A stretch of 26,362 nt of DNA from a virus. Lineage: Duplodnaviria > Caudoviricetes. The stretch covers positions 1-26,362 of the IMG/VR virus record IMGVR_UViG_3300020183_003544. One strand, given 5' to 3'. Every line of letters starts with the position of its first letter. Position 1 is the first letter of the stretch. Shown here piece by piece: positions 24,204 to 26,362 of this stretch. The position numbers and the translations under genes are program-made. Below the pieces are notes generated by a model that saw only the letters and a program-made list of their open reading frames with translations, searched no databases and was not told where the DNA came from.

Positions 24204-24783
24204 AGTCAAACATTTGGGCCGATTCAAACACAACAAAGAAGTGGTGGGAGTGGTGTATAGAGTGCTGCCCAGTGATCCAGAATACGCATTGGTGGTACCC
24301 ACCAGTGAATTGGACACAGACGAGCATACAAGATTGATGGACCTGATACACAGCTCTGCCAGTCAAAGTTCGTATGAATTGGCCGAAGCCATGGCCCGTA
24401 CCTCACTGGGTGATGGTTCCATCATGCTGGCTAGATTTCATGTGAAAGGATTGATGAAAAAAGTCAAAGCCAACGAAATAGAAATGACTCCCAATCCAGT
24501 CACCAACATCAGTTTGGATGCTTTAAATGCTGCCATAGCTCAGCAAAAAGGTTTAAAAATTGCTGAACTGGCCATCACTGCTGACAAAGAAACTCCAGCC
24601 AATTCACAAGCAAAACGCATAGTGAATCCAGTGCTGGAATCATTGAAGAACGAAACTGTGATGACTGATGATCAGCTGGCAGCCAAATTGAGAAGTGATG
24701 CTGACAGACTGTACAAGGAAGCTGCTAGATTGAGAAAACAAGCGGACGAGCTCAAAGCAAAATCAAAAGAATCTACAGAATAG
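24196..24783 (+). CDS. Hypothetical protein with a C-terminal coiled coil (195 aa)
   Basis: ATG 24196 overlaps the upstream gene end. Begins MSEVKHLGR. Confidence 0.8.
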   Translation: MSEVKHLGRFKHNKEVVGVVYRVLPSDPEYALVVPTSELDTDEHTRLMDLIHSSASQSSYELAEAMARTSLGDGSIMLARFHVKGLMKKVKANEIEMTPNPVTNISLDALNAAIAQQKGLKIAELAITADKETPANSQAKRIVNPVLESLKNETVMTDDQLAAKLRSDADRLYKEAARLRKQADELKAKSKESTE

Positions 24784-24791
24784 GCTCAGTT

Positions 24792-25106
24792 GTGGTGCTT
24801 TTTGACAAAAAACAACTGCCGAAGAATGTGGTGGACAAATGGCCTGACGTATTCAATGAAGTTACTGTTAAGGCCATTCCCATACAGTATCTGCTCAGCA
24901 TCAAAGTCACATTCAATGATGGGAAAAAATGGGACATCAAAGTGAAAAAAAACCACAAAAAACAGGAGAAAGAAAACCTGGAAGACACACTGAATGAGCT
25001 GTTTAAAAACTACAGCAAAAGCATTAAAAGTGTGGATTTTAGATTGGATACTGACAAAGTTAAACAGGACATTGAAAAACGCACCAAAAAGTTCCTAAAA
25101 AAGTAA
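24792..25106 (+). CDS. Hypothetical Lys-rich protein (104 aa)
   Basis: GTG start shortly after the upstream stop. Fills the gap. Confidence 0.7.
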   Translation: MVLFDKKQLPKNVVDKWPDVFNEVTVKAIPIQYLLSIKVTFNDGKKWDIKVKKNHKKQEKENLEDTLNELFKNYSKSIKSVDFRLDTDKVKQDIEKRTKKFLKK

Positions 25107-25138
25107 AGATCAAACGGTTTGCATTGCTAGTAGTCAGC

Positions 25139-25145
25139 ATAAATA
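25139..25145 (+). promoter_or_regulatory. T4-type late promoter core (ATAAATA)
   Basis: Intergenic CATAAATAC about 25 nt upstream of a virion structural gene. Confidence 0.65.
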
Positions 25146-25169
25146 CATTGTAATTTACACAAGAAACAT

Positions 25170-26362
25170 ATGGCATTCAAACTTAGACGCGGCACAGATG
25201 CACAGCGATTAGGCATAACTCCAGCAGAAGGAGAACTGATCTACACCACGGATACCAAAGAGTTGTACGTGGGTGATGGTTCCACAGTGGGCGGCGTGGC
25301 AGTGGACACAGGCACTGTGTCATTCACAGGAGTAGCCAGCAACATCACTCCAGATGCAAACAACACAAGAACTTTAGGCACATCAGCACTGCGTTGGAAC
25401 AATGGTTTTTTCACCAATGTGAATGCCAGCGGCACTGTGACTGCAGCAATCACAGGCAATGTCACAGGCAATTTGACAGGCAATGTGACCGGCAACGTCA
25501 CAGGAAATTTAACAGGCGATGTAAGTGGTGATGTATCAGGTGATCTTAAAGGGTCAGTGTTTGGAGATGACTCCACAGTGATGGTGGATGGCATAACCAA
25601 AAGAATCAAAGCAGACATCTACGACACCGCAGGCACGCTCTTATTGAGCACCAATCCTGCAACGGATTATTTCTCCAATGGCAGTGTGGTGATTCAAAAC
25701 AATGTGGTCACTGTGACAGGCGCTTTAGACACTGTGCAGATTGGGGTGAATGATTCTGCCAACGGTGTAGGCCTAAGAATAAAAGCACCAGTGCTCACAA
25801 ACAAATCCATTAGAGTGTCAGCTCTGACAGATGGTGTGTCTTCAGACGCTATAGAAATTGAAGCCAGCAGAGGCACTTTGAATGTGCCCACAATTCTCAC
25901 ACAAGGTGATCCAATAGGTGGCATGACATTTTTGGGCTATGACGGCACAGCCTATAGAGTAAGCAGCGGATTATTTGCATCTGTGGAAGCAGACAGCGGC
26001 AATCCAGTAGCGCCAGGCGCAGTGCCAGGCACAGTGGGATTTTTTACCACTCCTGATGGTGGCACCACAACATTCACTGCAATCTTAGATTCATTTGGTA
26101 ACTTTGGAATAGGTACCGCAAATCCCACTCAGAGATTATCAGTGGAAGAAAGTATAGCTCTGCAAGTGGACAATATTGAGAGAGTAAAAATCTCCATACT
26201 TGACGGATCATATACACAAGCAGTCAGCTCTACTTCTGAAACCTACACAGCCTTTGAATATCCTCACGCACTTTATAGATCAGCCAAAGTGACTCTTCGC
26301 GTGCATTACAGCGCCAATGACACTTTCATTGGAGAATTTTTAATTGTGAATACTGCAGCAGC
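25170..26362 (+). CDS. Tail fibre / virion fibre protein, N-terminal part (runs off the window, absent from ORF track)
   Basis: MAFKLRRGTDAQRLGITPAEGELIYTTDTKELYVGDGSTVGG resembles the Mtd N-terminal / hyaluronidase-type anchor. TGN[VL] repeats and a GNFGIGTANP fibre motif follow. No stop before the window end. Confidence 0.85.
   Translation, partial: MAFKLRRGTDAQRLGITPAEGELIYTTDTKELYVGDGSTVGGVAVDTGTVSFTGVASNITPDANNTRTLGTSALRWNNGFFTNVNASGTVTAAITGNVTGNLTGNVTGNVTGNLTGDVSGDVSGDLKGSVFGDDSTVMVDGITKRIKADIYDTAGTLLLSTNPATDYFSNGSVVIQNNVVTVTGALDTVQIGVNDSANGVGLRIKAPVLTNKSIRVSALTDGVSSDAIEIEASRGTLNVPTILTQGDPIGGMTFLGYDGTAYRVSSGLFASVEADSGNPVAPGAVPGTVGFFTTPDGGTTTFTAILDSFGNFGIGTANPTQRLSVEESIALQVDNIERVKISILDGSYTQAVSSTSETYTAFEYPHALYRSAKVTLRVHYSANDTFIGEFLIVNTAA
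25452..25547 (+). repeat. Eight degenerate 12-bp coding repeats ([TS]G[ND][VL])
   Basis: ACAGGCAATGTC, ACAGGCAATTTG, ACAGGCAATGTG, ACCGGCAACGTC, ACAGGAAATTTA, ACAGGCGATGTA, AGTGGTGATGTA, TCAGGTGATCTT. Confidence 0.85.

Noticed and set aside
25170-25300. Diversity-generating retroelement suggested by the Mtd-like N-terminus
   Set aside because: That anchor domain is common in fibres. No reverse transcriptase or template/variable repeat pair is in the window.
25452-25547. 12-bp repeats as CRISPR or iterons
   Set aside because: They are in-frame coding repeats with synonymous variation and no spacers.
1062-25924. Numerous minus-strand and alternate-frame ORFs in the ORF track
   Set aside because: They lie within well-supported + strand genes, lack recognisable motifs and look like shadow ORFs.
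1-26362. tRNA, rRNA, integrase or transposase genes; host assignment; DpdA target-site bias
   Set aside because: No gaps or motifs support RNA genes or mobile-element enzymes. Host identity and k-mer depletion need computation I cannot run; GATC is clearly not avoided.

Overview
This 26.4-kb window is AT-rich, densely packed and coded entirely on the + strand. It reads as the replication and nucleotide-metabolism region of a large tailed dsDNA phage, distantly T4-like and probably uncultured. Replication genes include a family B DNA polymerase, a DEDDh exonuclease, a putative sliding clamp, a T4-RNase H-like 5' nuclease and a DsbA/GapR-like DNA-binding protein. Other recognisable genes encode GMP reductase, a MoxR-type AAA ATPase with a metallopeptidase-VWA partner, and the start of a tail-fibre protein. 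The main feature is a 7-deazaguanine pathway at about 7.3-18.0 kb: a TGT-fold DpdA-like transglycosylase, a QueD-paralog carrying LxxxHRHxF (DpdL-like), FolE and an atypical QueE. No QueC, QueF or canonical QueD is present in the window. The pathway is interleaved with a GT-B glycosyltransferase, two sugar-type oxidoreductases, a purine PRTase, a HIT hydrolase and two SGNH proteins, which suggests a possibly undescribed sugar-decorated deazaguanine DNA modification. The DpdA-like protein sits just behind the clamp gene and ends in a C-terminal peptide resembling that of the polymerase. The polymerase start is preceded by twin hairpins with related 8-nt loops, resembling an autoregulatory operator. 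All assignments come from motif recognition by eye; no searches were run.
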